Positions 1-8,713 are shown, counted from the stretch's first letter. The stretch is DNA of 38,220 nt from a virus (IMGVR_UViG_3300032314_000455:1-38220), one strand, 5' to 3'. The notes: generated from the letters alone by a model not told the origin. Translations and numbers: made by a program.

Positions 1-177
1 AACCCCCATTGGACTTTCGGCTGATTGTGTAAAATGACTGACTGTTTTTTCTGCCCTTCTCTGGAACGCTTATCTGGCAGGCTTATAAGCCATTTTTGAA
101 CATCGTGGTGAGAAATCCGGGCAAACCCTCCCCGCAAGCGAGGTGGGGTTAATTAAAATTTTAGGATTTACAGATTT

Positions 178-378
178 ATGTTTGTCAGTTGTGTCGCTAA
201 GGTCGGGATGCTTCCAGGGATGTCTAATAAAGGCATCTTTTATAAAACTGTAGATATTGAAAATGAAGATGAAGGAGTGAAAATTTACAATAGCTTTATC
301 AATGATTTAGAAAATCAATATGATGCTCATTTTGTTGTTGGTGAGTATGAGATAATTAAAGATTTGGAAACAGATTGA
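178..378 (+). CDS. hypothetical protein (66 aa)
   Basis: ATG directly after an AGGAT repeat; co-oriented with downstream ORFs. Confidence 0.55.
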   Translation: MFVSCVAKVGMLPGMSNKGIFYKTVDIENEDEGVKIYNSFINDLENQYDAHFVVGEYEIIKDLETD

Positions 379-412
379 ATAAGGTTAGGATTGAAAATTA
401 CAGGATTAATTT

Positions 413-1099
413 ATGGTTTCTACGGAAAAAGATTTGATTATTGAGAAGATAAGGAAACTTTTGGCTTTGTCCCATTCTCCTAATGAAAATGAGGCGATGG
501 CGGCGGCTCAAAAGGCTAATGAGTTGTTGATGAAATATAATCTTGATTTGGGTGATTTGCTTTTGGGTGAAAATATTTTTACCAAGGAAATTATTTGTAC
601 TTATAAAAAGTTGGCTTCTTGGAAGGGGCAGGTGTTGGCGGGGGTGGCATTTTTGAATTTTTGTGTTGCTTATGAGGTTCGGCTTGATGGTTATGGGGCT
701 TCTGTTTTTTACGGAAGGCAGGCAAATGTAATTACGGGTAAGTTGCAGTGGGAATATCTGGTTGATGTGATAGAAAAGTTGGCTGTTCAATCTGGTTTTA
801 ATGGGCTGTCTGCTAGGAATGCGTTTAGGATGGGCTGTGCGGTTCGGATTGCTAATAGAATGCGGGATGTTGTGGAGTCCCAAGGGCGGTCGGGGTTTTG
901 TTCTGAGGGTGATTCTGTTTCGGCTCTTGTTGTGCAATCTTTGCATCAAAAAATGGAGAAGGAGAAAAAGCAGTTGATAGAGGAACTGGGTGATGCGCCT
1001 AGTAAGAAGCCTGGGTCTTATAGCGATAAGGATGCTTTTTGTGAGGGGTTAAAGGCTGGTGATTCGGTGGGATTAGGTAAGCAGTTGGTTGGTGTTTGA
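413..1099 (+). CDS. DUF2786 domain-containing protein
   Basis: N-terminal IIEKIRKLLALSHSPNENEAMAAAQKANELLMKYNL is the DUF2786 signature, common in prophages. Confidence 0.85.
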   Translation: MVSTEKDLIIEKIRKLLALSHSPNENEAMAAAQKANELLMKYNLDLGDLLLGENIFTKEIICTYKKLASWKGQVLAGVAFLNFCVAYEVRLDGYGASVFYGRQANVITGKLQWEYLVDVIEKLAVQSGFNGLSARNAFRMGCAVRIANRMRDVVESQGRSGFCSEGDSVSALVVQSLHQKMEKEKKQLIEELGDAPSKKPGSYSDKDAFCEGLKAGDSVGLGKQLVGV

Positions 1100-1110
1100 A
1101 TAAAGATTGT

Positions 1111-1151
1111 TGTCTGAATCAGGATGTCCAGGATTTAAGGATTAGCAGGAT
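1111..1151 (+). repeat. dispersed AGGAT repeat (TGTCTGAATCAGGATGTCCAGGATTTAAGGATTAGCAGGAT)
   Basis: Related copies at about 160-177, 385-409, 1400-1427, 2052-2093, 10765-10799, 11098-11130, 17776-17817 and 21969-22010. Confidence 0.9.
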
Positions 1152-1394
1152 ATGGAACACATTAAAGGGTTGCTAGGGTCTATTCAGTTTGAGAGGGAGC
1201 GTCTAGCGCAAAATCAGCAGGTTCCTGTTGATGAGTTGAGGGTTTTGGTGTTTACCAGTTATTCGTGTGGGATGGTGACTGAGGGAAGGGCTTCTCAATT
1301 ATTAAGTATGGATAGGCTTGAGTTTAGGAAGGTGTGGCGTGAATGGTTGGAGGTTAATCCTAAGATGATGAATATTTGGGATGGGTATAAATAA
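1152..1394 (+). CDS. small protein with UPF0175-like HTH
   Basis: VTEGRASQLLSMDRLEF resembles the UPF0175 motif (S.G.AA.LLG..R.EF). Confidence 0.6.
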   Translation: MEHIKGLLGSIQFERERLAQNQQVPVDELRVLVFTSYSCGMVTEGRASQLLSMDRLEFRKVWREWLEVNPKMMNIWDGYK

Positions 1395-1435
1395 TTTTTT
1401 GTCCAGGATTTAAGGATTTACAGGATTAATTATTT

Positions 1436-1464
1436 GTAGGGGTTTGCGGTGCAAACCCTTTTTT
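1436..1464 (+). terminator. REP-like hairpin acting as intrinsic terminator
   Basis: GGGTTTGC-ggt-GCAAACCC followed by T6, downstream of 1152..1394. Confidence 0.6.
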
Positions 1465-1487
1465 GTTTGTGATCTGGGTTTATGGAA

Positions 1488-1584
1488 TTAGTCATTGGTC
1501 ATTGGTCATTAGTTGTTGGGTTTCGTTCCTCTACCCAACCTACGATAATTTAAAGGTGTTAGGAGGTAGGAGGTAGGAGGTAGG
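1488..1584. repeat. stack of cyanobacterial STRR heptamers and a REP-like palindrome
   Basis: (GTCATTG)n at 1488-1513; 31-bp TTGTTGGGTTTCGTTCCTCTACCCAACCTAC at 1513-1543, identical to 23371-23401; (TAGGAGG)x3 at 1560-1584. Confidence 0.85.
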
Positions 1585-1662
1585 TTAAGTGTTTTTGCTT
1601 ATGCTTGTGATCATGTTGTTGTTTGGGAATTAATTAATGTGGTTGTAATTAATTGAACAACG

Positions 1663-2010
1663 ATGTTGAGATTTTTGAGTTTAAGTTTGCTTTTGGTTGG
1701 TGTGTTTGGTGGTTCTGTGACTGCACAGGTACGGAGTAATTCGAGTTTTGAGAGGGCGCTTTATGCTGGTGGTTTTGATGTGGCGGTGGGTGATGGTTTA
1801 CTGTGCTATGCAAAGACGGATACTCCCAATACGTTTGATTTGAGTCGGTTGTGTGGGTTTATTCAGGTTGGTTCTCAGGATAATGGTGGTTTTAGTAGTG
1901 GTTACTCTGGTGGGGGTTCTCGTGGGATTTGCAGGTATCCCAGTGATATTGCCCGTGATGGGAGTAGGTGTGGTGGACGGGCTTCGAGTGATAAGGAGGG
2001 GGGTAATTAG
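1663..2010 (+). CDS. putative secreted protein
   Basis: Hydrophobic signal peptide ending VTA-Q; Gly/Ser linker; C-terminal C..P.D.A.DGSRCGGRAS motif. Confidence 0.7.
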   Translation: MLRFLSLSLLLVGVFGGSVTAQVRSNSSFERALYAGGFDVAVGDGLLCYAKTDTPNTFDLSRLCGFIQVGSQDNGGFSSGYSGGGSRGICRYPSDIARDGSRCGGRASSDKEGGN

Positions 2011-2201
2011 GGTTTAGATTATGGAAGGGTACAAACAATCCTTGTACCCTTTGTCTGAATCAGGATGGACAGGATTTGAGGATTTACAGGATTTTTTTAT
2101 ACCAATAATTATAGTGCGGGTTAGCGATAGCGTGATTCACCAAATTAACTTAAAAATTAACGCCAAAATTTTCTATTCTGGACTGAGAAGAGCTTCGCAG
2201 A

Positions 2202-3083
2202 TTAATCACTTTCATTCAGTCTAGTAAATTCCTTAACAAGAGAATCAACGCATAAAATATCGCTGTACCAAAGCAATTGACCATCCACCCAATCACTAAA
2301 TCTCTTGCCTTTTTCCGTAGGGACGTAGGTGCTATCAATGGCTCTATCTTGAAATCCACCGTGCCTTAAAATTATTTGAATAAGTCCATTGTTCCAGTAT
2401 GGAAATCTGGGATATCGCTGCTTGATAATTTCTGTAAGGTCTGCCACTGTCAACAAAGCACCATTTTTACTGTAAGCCCTGTTCACGATTGATACTACAT
2501 GAGTGGCGGCTTTTAACTCTGGGTAATAATGCGCGATAGTCAGTAACTTATTATTTGTTACCTCATACTCTGGAGTTTTAGTTAAAACTATGTCAAATAA
2601 CTCCGAAATTTGCTGAATTGAAGGCTTAACCAAATTAGTATCATGATGGAGTTTCATAGAAAAAATTTCATTTTCTATAAAACTTTCTAATCCCTGTCTA
2701 ATTAAATTTTTAAGAGTATTAGAGTCGGCGGCAGCTTTTTCTGTCAACCGCAATTTTTTCTCGCACTCAATAAAGTATTGACGGATTTGCCGACCTTCAT
2801 CTGTTTCTGCTAGTAAGCAGAAATGCTTAAAAGCATCACACGTCATTTTGATAATTTCCTCAAAACGCCCGCCCTGTGGATTTTTCCACATCTCTGTGGA
2901 GTAGTCAAAGCCTTTTTTTAATTTATTTAGCTTGCGTTTTGCAGAATCTTTTCTGGAATAACCTGCAATTTTCCAAGCCACATCAAAATCAACAGGAAAT
3001 TGCAGTCCCTCATCTTCTTGCTTTAGCCACTGCTCAATCAATGCCTGCAAGGCTTTCTGAGATTCTGAACCTGGTTCTATCAT
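2202..3083 (-). CDS. AntA/AntB-like phage antirepressor
   Basis: FPVDFD.AW...GYSRK...GFDY...GGR...FKHFCLLAET.EGRQIRQYFIECEKKL in the N-terminal half; KilAC-like C-terminus (GFQ...PTEKG...W). Confidence 0.8.
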   Translation of the reverse strand: MIEPGSESQKALQALIEQWLKQEDEGLQFPVDFDVAWKIAGYSRKDSAKRKLNKLKKGFDYSTEMWKNPQGGRFEEIIKMTCDAFKHFCLLAETDEGRQIRQYFIECEKKLRLTEKAAADSNTLKNLIRQGLESFIENEIFSMKLHHDTNLVKPSIQQISELFDIVLTKTPEYEVTNNKLLTIAHYYPELKAATHVVSIVNRAYSKNGALLTVADLTEIIKQRYPRFPYWNNGLIQIILRHGGFQDRAIDSTYVPTEKGKRFSDWVDGQLLWYSDILCVDSLVKEFTRLNESD

Positions 3084-3263
3084 CGTTTTTCTGTGTATGT
3101 AAATTTCTGGATGTAGTTGACTGGGGCAGTAGGTTTATGTGTCGTGATTCTACTGCAAAAATTTTAAGTTGGACGTTGTTTTGGACAAGTCGGACGTAAC
3201 TCGGACGTTGTAGAAATATGCTGGAGTTGTTTACGGGTAAGTGTTATCAGGATTTTAATGTTT

Positions 3264-3329
3264 AACTCGGACGTAACTCGGACGTAACTCGGACGTAACT
3301 CGGACGTAACTCGGACGTAACTCGGACGT
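3264..3329. repeat. perfect tandem repeat (AACTCGGACGT)x6
   Basis: Six exact 11-bp units abutting the repressor stop codon; further copies or variants at 3166-3176 and 3187-3208. Confidence 0.97.
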
Positions 3330-3665
3330 TTAAGCAATTAAATGGGTAACACTTTCGCTAACTTTCTTTATTTGGGCGGCTGCGACCGAGATAATATCAA
3401 CAAGCTTCATTTGATCCACCTCAGTCGGGATATAAGCTTTGCATCCGTGATAACTCATGTCCTTGTCTCTGCCCAGTAGAAAATCTGTACTAACGTTAAA
3501 TAAATCAGCTATCTTTGCAAGCTCCAAGCTGTTGGGAACGCTAGAGCCTTTTTCCCAGTTTTGGACTGAAGCATGGGAGATATCCAGTAACTCTCCTAGC
3601 CTTCTTTGACTCCAGCCAACCTTTTTTCTCAAGATTGAAATTCGATCACCAAGAGTTTCTGGCAC
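3330..3665 (-). CDS. XRE/CI-type HTH prophage repressor
   Basis: LGDRISILRKKVGWSQRRLGELLDISHASVQNWEKG...P...L.KIADLFNVSTDFLLG; divergent from the early operon like Mu c; no peptidase domain. Confidence 0.9.
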   Translation of the reverse strand: MPETLGDRISILRKKVGWSQRRLGELLDISHASVQNWEKGSSVPNSLELAKIADLFNVSTDFLLGRDKDMSYHGCKAYIPTEVDQMKLVDIISVAAAQIKKVSESVTHLIA

Positions 3666-3680
3666 AATATCCCTCTACAG

Positions 3681-3832
3681 AAGTAAATATTTATTTCCTT
3701 ATGGAAACAATATTATCCAAAAACTTTCCTGATGGAAATTTATTTTTAATCTAACTAAATATATGGAAACTTTTATTTCCATCTTGACAATATATTTTTC
3801 CGTTGCTAGGATATGGAAAGAAGTATTTCCAG
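3681..3832. promoter_or_regulatory. operator array ATGGAAA-N6-TTTCCAT overlapping early promoter
   Basis: Perfect site at 3763-3782; near-perfect at 3813-3832 and 3701-3720; degenerate at 3681-3700 and 3784-3803. Rightward promoter TTGACA (3784-3789), 17-bp spacer, TGcTAGGAT (-10 at 3807-3812). Confidence 0.8.
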
Positions 3833-3846
3833 TATGGCAATAAATT

Positions 3847-4032
3847 ATGCCAGCAGCCGCAGGAAAAATCCCCATGACTCTCAACATACCAGTTGCTCTA
3901 AAGCGAAAGGTTGGTGTTGAAGCAGAAAAAAGAGGGATACGTAAAGGGGATCTAATTAGCCAAGTGCTTGCCCAACATTTAGATGAATATTTGCGTTGCT
4001 TGGATTCTTCGGTTGATTCAAAGGAGGGATAG
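3847..4032 (+). CDS. ribbon-helix-helix (CopG/Arc-like) regulator in the Ner/Cro position
   Basis: MTLNIPVALKRKVGVEAEKRGIRKGDLISQVLAQHL: alternating beta strand, helix, G turn, helix. Confidence 0.75.
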   Translation: MPAAAGKIPMTLNIPVALKRKVGVEAEKRGIRKGDLISQVLAQHLDEYLRCLDSSVDSKEG

Positions 4033-4034
4033 CT

Positions 4035-6254
4035 ATGTCAAAAACATGGTTTTCCGTTGGTGAATTAGCCGGATTACCTGGGATGCCTTCTACAACAAGG
4101 CGGACCAAGGACAAAGCTGAACGATTAGCAAATTCATCACAGATTCGAGACAGGAAAGATAAGGGAGGGGGGAAAGAATACCATATTTCCTCACTGCCAC
4201 CAGAAACCCAGGCGCATCTAAACCAGCAGACAGAACCTGAACAAATCACAGAAAAAGGGGAACAGGGAACAGGGAACAGGGAATTGACAATTACCAATTA
4301 TCAATTACCCATTACCAGTCACCCAATACCCACAGAAACCATAGTTAACCCCGTTATTCCCGCCCCTGCCCCGCAGTCCAAACAAAAGACAGCGTACAAG
4401 ACAGCAAGAACTGATAAGGGTGAACACAGACTAAATGCCAAAGTTGACATCCTACGAGCCTTAACAAGCTTCTGTGAGGACAACAAACTGCAAAAAATAA
4501 ACTGTCAGCACATTTTTGCGGTTTATTACGCAGAGGGCAAAATTCAAGTTTCTGAAGAAACTCGGAAAACAGTCCCCAGCGTCTCACCTAACACCCTCCA
4601 ACGGTGGCAAAAAACTCTGAAAACCACAGAGAATGTAGCCGCGCTTGCTGGGAACTATGGTAATCGGGCGGGTGAAACCAAGATTGATGCTTTTCCACAG
4701 GTTCGTGACTTTGTTTTGGGGATGATCACTCAATATCCTCATGCCACTGGTAAGCACGTACTAATGGCTCTCCAAGGGCGGTTTGAGGAAGAGATTTTAC
4801 CTTCTCAACGAACTCTAGAACGGTGGGTTTCTAAGTGGAAGGATGAGAACAAGGAACTATTTACCGCAGTTTCTAACCCTGATGCTTGGAAGAATCGGTA
4901 CATGACTGCTTTTGGTAGTTATTCTGATGATGTAGTACGTCTGAACCAACTATGGGAAATGGACTCTACTCCAGCAGATTTGATGCTGGAAGATGGGCGT
5001 TACCACTTAATTGGCTGCATTGATGTCTACACCCGCAGAATGAAGCTGTTAGTCGTGCCAAAGTCCAGGGCTTTTGCTATTGGGACTTTGCTAAGACAAT
5101 GCTTACTTGATTGGGGTGTACCGGAAACGGTCAAAACTGACAACGGTAAGGATTACACAGCTAATTACTTGCAGCGGTTATTTACTGGTTTGGAAATTAG
5201 GCAGAAACTATGTCAACCGTTCCAACCTTGGCAGAAACCTCATGTGGAAAGGTCTTTCAGGACTTTCTCTCATGATCTGTTGGAACTACTAGATGGTTAC
5301 GTTGGCCATGATGTGGCAGAACGGCAGGAACTAAGAGCTAGACAATCTTTTTCTGACAGACTCTTCACCAAAAATGAGGAAGTCAGCATCAAGATGACTG
5401 CTGATGAATTCCAGGCTTTTTGCGACAGATGGACTGATTCAATTTATGCCAACCGCCCCCATGATGGGTTAAATCAAGAAACCCCTTTTCAGATGCTTAC
5501 TAGCTGGCAGGGGAATATTAAAACAATTTCTGATGAACGGGCTTTGGATATTCTTTTGGCAGAAGCGCCGGGTTCTAACGGACTACGAACTGTGCAGAAG
5601 AAGGGCATCCAATTGGAGGGGACTTGGTTTATCGCTGCTGAGTTGGAAGCTTGGATAGGTCAACAGGTGCAGGTACGTTTTGACCCTCTGGACATGGGTA
5701 AAATCTATGTTTTTGATGGTGATTTTAAACTTATTTGCATTGCTGAAGACCCTGCCAGAACTGGCATCAACCGTCAAGAAGTGGCAATCTTAGCCAAGCA
5801 TACTCAACGGGAAAGGGTGCAGGAAGGTAAGCGAGCATTGAAGGTTCTGTCTAAGAAGGTCAATGTCAATGAGTCTATTGAAAATTATCAGCAACTTCAG
5901 GAAGACAAAGTTGCCAATGTTATTCCCTTCCCAATCAAGACTGAAGAACATGAAACCGCTGATTTGAAAAGCGCTGCGGACGTAATTCAAGCTTTACAAC
6001 CCAAGAAATATTCCCAAATGACGGCTGAGGAATTAGCCGAAGCTGACGCTGCTATGGCACGGCTGCAACGCCAACCGGAAATAGTACGTGATGGTGATTA
6101 TTTCTGTCGGTTGTGGAAGGAAATCAAAGCCGGCAAACCCATTCTGGCCGATGACAAACAGTGGATGTTGCACTACATCACAACTCCAGATGGAAGTGGT
6201 GCGCTGATGTTCCTGGATGTGTCTGCGGATCAGGTGAGGGAGTTGGCATCATGA
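4035..6254 (+). CDS. Mu-like DDE transposase (MuA)
   Basis: N-terminal Mu HTH (WFSVGELAGLPGMP...GGGKEYHISSLP); catalytic WEMDSTPAD / KTDNGKDY / KPHVERSF; Mu transposase C-terminal region (VRFDPLDMGKIYVFD). Confidence 0.95.
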   Translation: MSKTWFSVGELAGLPGMPSTTRRTKDKAERLANSSQIRDRKDKGGGKEYHISSLPPETQAHLNQQTEPEQITEKGEQGTGNRELTITNYQLPITSHPIPTETIVNPVIPAPAPQSKQKTAYKTARTDKGEHRLNAKVDILRALTSFCEDNKLQKINCQHIFAVYYAEGKIQVSEETRKTVPSVSPNTLQRWQKTLKTTENVAALAGNYGNRAGETKIDAFPQVRDFVLGMITQYPHATGKHVLMALQGRFEEEILPSQRTLERWVSKWKDENKELFTAVSNPDAWKNRYMTAFGSYSDDVVRLNQLWEMDSTPADLMLEDGRYHLIGCIDVYTRRMKLLVVPKSRAFAIGTLLRQCLLDWGVPETVKTDNGKDYTANYLQRLFTGLEIRQKLCQPFQPWQKPHVERSFRTFSHDLLELLDGYVGHDVAERQELRARQSFSDRLFTKNEEVSIKMTADEFQAFCDRWTDSIYANRPHDGLNQETPFQMLTSWQGNIKTISDERALDILLAEAPGSNGLRTVQKKGIQLEGTWFIAAELEAWIGQQVQVRFDPLDMGKIYVFDGDFKLICIAEDPARTGINRQEVAILAKHTQRERVQEGKRALKVLSKKVNVNESIENYQQLQEDKVANVIPFPIKTEEHETADLKSAADVIQALQPKKYSQMTAEELAEADAAMARLQRQPEIVRDGDYFCRLWKEIKAGKPILADDKQWMLHYITTPDGSGALMFLDVSADQVRELAS
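4258..4330. repeat. STRR heptamers translated in frame within the transposase linker
   Basis: (GGGAACA)x3 then about 6 CAATTAC-like units, encoding GEQGTGNRE and ITNYQLPITSHP. Confidence 0.85.
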
Positions 6255-6517
6255 CCGATGAAGAAATGCTTAATCTCACTGATGCCGATAAGTGGAATCC
6301 TGCCCACTTTGGACAACTACCACAGCTTTCGTTTGAATCGTTACCAATTAATTTTTTGCGAGACGGTGATCAACTAACCATCTTTTTTGACGAGAGTGAT
6401 GAACCGCCGTTACCTGAAGAATTTATCACTTTACAAGAGTTTGAGGAGGCTTGGAAATTATGGGAGATACAGTTCCCGCATCTAGTGACAGTACCGAAAG
6501 TGTCTATGCCTTGTTAG
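6251..6517 (+). CDS. hypothetical acidic protein
   Basis: ATGA overlap with the transposase stop; start re-assigned from 6161. Confidence 0.6.
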   Translation: MTDEEMLNLTDADKWNPAHFGQLPQLSFESLPINFLRDGDQLTIFFDESDEPPLPEEFITLQEFEEAWKLWEIQFPHLVTVPKVSMPC

Positions 6518-6738
6518 CACTTCTAGCTGGTGATGGGTATTCGAGAGAACAGGCTTTAGACCATATAAGAGTGCTGGTTGAAGTGTCTCGCAGTCCATAT
6601 ATTTCTAGGGACGTAAAACGGGCAATTGGGTTTGTGCAAAGTTTTACTTTCAGCCTGTCCAATCTCAATCCTGAACAAATGGGCGATTTGATTTCGGCTG
6701 TTTCCAAAAGAAAGGAAGAAATTGCGGATAGCTTTTAA
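6460..6738 (+). CDS. hypothetical protein
   Basis: In operon; ATG at 6460 preferred; start uncertain. Confidence 0.55.
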   Translation: MGDTVPASSDSTESVYALLALLAGDGYSREQALDHIRVLVEVSRSPYISRDVKRAIGFVQSFTFSLSNLNPEQMGDLISAVSKRKEEIADSF

Positions 6739-6817
6739 AAAAAATTCCCCAAGGTAGGAGTTTAAGCCTCTTTGGGGATGGGGTTCAAGTTCACTTTTTT
6801 AATTTGGAGCTAAAGAC

Positions 6818-7009
6818 GTGGAAATAAAATATTTGGTTTTTGACAAGAAGGTTGGGATGTATTTAACCCGAAATGGTGTGGGTTTTTGTTGGGCTTCTGC
6901 CAAGCGCCGGGCTGCTGCTTTCAATGAGTATCAGGCTCATATCTGGCAAGAGCAGTTAGTGAAAATCACTGGTAAGGCTAATTTCTCTGTTTTACGGGTT
7001 GAGGCTTGA
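6818..7009 (+). CDS. hypothetical protein
   Basis: GGAG RBS upstream of GTG; coupled to next ORF. Confidence 0.6.
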   Translation: MEIKYLVFDKKVGMYLTRNGVGFCWASAKRRAAAFNEYQAHIWQEQLVKITGKANFSVLRVEA

Positions 7010-7302
7010 TCATGATGACCCCGGAACAGAAGGAGGTGTACTTATCCCGTTGTCAGGAAATCGCCCAGATGACCCGCTACGGCTACACCAATCCTGAACT
7101 GGAAAAGCTGATGCTTTCACCTGACTGGAAAATTCTCTACAAGCCGTGTTTGACGGTGGGTGAACGGAAACAAGCTCAGAGTTATCTGGAATTCATCAAA
7201 GATACCAGTTTTGGGTGTTTGGATACCCAGATTAAGGGCTGGGAGTCTTTGGTGGAGAAGATTAGGCAAATACGGAAGAAGGCATTGAGGATGAAGCGTT
7301 GA
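7006..7302 (+). CDS. hypothetical protein
   Basis: Overlaps previous stop; operon context. Confidence 0.6.
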   Translation: MIMMTPEQKEVYLSRCQEIAQMTRYGYTNPELEKLMLSPDWKILYKPCLTVGERKQAQSYLEFIKDTSFGCLDTQIKGWESLVEKIRQIRKKALRMKR

Positions 7303-7309
7303 GTGGGTG

Positions 7310-7338
7310 GTAGGGGTTTAGCAGTGCTAAACCCCTAC
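7310..7338. repeat. GTAG/CTAC-footed REP-like palindrome
   Basis: GTAGGGGTTTAGCA-g-TGCTAAACCCCTAC; near-identical copy at 17829-17857; relatives at 1436, 10114, 12943 and 15418; different family member at 25607-25627. Confidence 0.85.
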
Positions 7339-7412
7339 GATACCGCCGCCGATAGCCAGGAGTGCAATCTTGGCTATCACAACAAGTCCAATTAGTTAAC
7401 AAATATTAGCAC

Positions 7413-8117
7413 ATGAAAGATGAACTAGCAAAAGTAAAAAATCTACGGCGCTTATCTCAGGCTTATGAGGCGTTGAAGCTGCGTGATAAGAGTGTTCCTG
7501 GCATGGGTTTGGTAAGCGGTTTTACTGGCAGTGGAAAAACCCGGTCAATTGGTTGGCTGGTAGAACAAGCCAGCGGTGTTTATTGCCGGGCTAATGCCAC
7601 CTGGTCTGTATCCGCGATGTTGGGAAGTATTTCTTCTGAACTGGGTGTAGCACCACAGTTTCGGAATTACAAAATGTTGGGAAATGTAGCTGAATGGTTC
7701 GGTGCTGCTCAACGTCCGTTGTTTGTTGATGAGTGTGATTATCTACTCCGTGACCTGCGAATGGTTGAGGCACTGAGAGATATTCACGATTTGTCGGGTG
7801 TGCCGGTGATCTTGATCGGTATGGAAGGGATTGAGAAAAAATTGGCTTTGCGGCTGCAATTAACCCGTCGGATTTCTCAATTTGTGGATTTTCAGCCACT
7901 GGATATGGAGGATGCCCGTGTTTTAGCGGACACGGTGAGTGAAGTGGAAATTGCTAACGATTTGCTAACCAAAATCCACCAGGAAGCTAAAGGTGGTGTG
8001 GGTTTGATGATTGTGGGTTTAGCACGGGTTGAGGCTTTGGCTAAGACTCAGCAATGGGAAGGGATAAGTGCTTCTCAATGGGGACAACGTAAACTTTTCT
8101 TAACTAAGGCAGGTTAA
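7413..8117 (+). CDS. MuB-like AAA+ transposition ATPase
   Basis: Walker A GFTGSGKT; Walker B LFVDECDYL; LRDIHDLSGVPVILIGM; QLTRRISQ arginine finger. Confidence 0.93.
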   Translation: MKDELAKVKNLRRLSQAYEALKLRDKSVPGMGLVSGFTGSGKTRSIGWLVEQASGVYCRANATWSVSAMLGSISSELGVAPQFRNYKMLGNVAEWFGAAQRPLFVDECDYLLRDLRMVEALRDIHDLSGVPVILIGMEGIEKKLALRLQLTRRISQFVDFQPLDMEDARVLADTVSEVEIANDLLTKIHQEAKGGVGLMIVGLARVEALAKTQQWEGISASQWGQRKLFLTKAG

Positions 8118-8122
8118 TTAAT

Positions 8123-8392
8123 ATGATGCCACCAATTTTACGGAGATATGAAGTGCCGTTGATAGATGCGGTTGATAGGCTTATAAGCTTAATTGCGACC
8201 TGGGAAGATGGGCAATTTTCGGCTTCTGAAGTGGATTTGACGCGGCGGGAGGCTCAAGAAATTGCAGCTTGGATAATTAATGCTGCTGCTGACCCGTTTG
8301 GGTTTCCTGGACTGGGTTTGACTGGGGAAAGGCTACTAGAAATTTTGCAAACAATTCGAGTTCGGGAGGGTGTTTGTAATGGTGCAGCTTGA
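8123..8392 (+). CDS. hypothetical protein
   Basis: Tightly packed in early operon. Confidence 0.6.
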   Translation: MMPPILRRYEVPLIDAVDRLISLIATWEDGQFSASEVDLTRREAQEIAAWIINAAADPFGFPGLGLTGERLLEILQTIRVREGVCNGAA

Positions 8393-8711
8393 ACGGATTT
8401 GGTCGAAAATGCGACATCTTGAGGTTTTTACTATTTGTCAGTTGGCTGAGTTTTGTGATCAAGATATTCCGGTGAATTTATTGGCCTCTTATATTTTGGC
8501 TTTGCTGGAAAGTGGGTATTTGGTGGAAATATCAGGTAAACGAAAACTGAATCATGGGCGTTACCGACTGCTTAGGGATTCTGGAGAATTTGCACCAATC
8601 CTGCGGACACATATTTTTATGCGTGTGATGGGGCGATTTGTAAATCTTGATTATGCAGTCTATGACCCGAATATTGATTGCTTCTTTCCTTTGATAAAGG
8701 AGGAGGTTTAG
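8379..8711 (+). CDS. winged-HTH protein conserved downstream of B in Mu-like phages
   Basis: IWSKMR.L..FT...YI.AL...GYL...YRLLRDSG..AP...VYDPN pattern; GGGAGG RBS. Confidence 0.75.
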   Translation: MVQLERIWSKMRHLEVFTICQLAEFCDQDIPVNLLASYILALLESGYLVEISGKRKLNHGRYRLLRDSGEFAPILRTHIFMRVMGRFVNLDYAVYDPNIDCFFPLIKEEV

Positions 8712-8713
8712 TG

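Noticed and set aside
1-100. Prophage left end (TG dinucleotide near 26), and a loose similarity between 61-95 and 3222-3256
   Set aside because: No flanking host gene, target duplication or matching right end is visible; the similarity is too weak to call
100-150. c-di-GMP-I riboswitch or ribozyme (GGGCAAACC...GCAA-loop hairpin)
   Set aside because: Only a P2-like hairpin is present; the following ACGCAAA and P3 are absent, and I could not build twister, pistol or HDV folds
398-949. Antisense and alternate-frame ORFs over real genes (e.g. 398..949, 2876..3199, 7591..7899, 23473..24003, and all ORF-track entries in 30970-37978)
   Set aside because: Shadow ORFs of well-supported genes with no recognisable motifs
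1152-1394. Toxin-antitoxin pair
   Set aside because: The UPF0175-like gene has no neighbouring PIN-domain or other toxin gene
2021-2224. ORF 2021..2224
   Set aside because: Mostly translation of repeats (LSESGWTGFEDLQD is the AGGAT repeat) and overlaps the antirepressor end
3264-3329. CRISPR array
   Set aside because: Units are 11 bp and contiguous, with no spacers and no cas genes
4035-8117. Tn7-like or CRISPR-associated transposon (TnsB/TnsC)
   Set aside because: No TniQ/TnsD or Cas genes; the Mu N-terminal HTH and virion genes indicate a transposable phage
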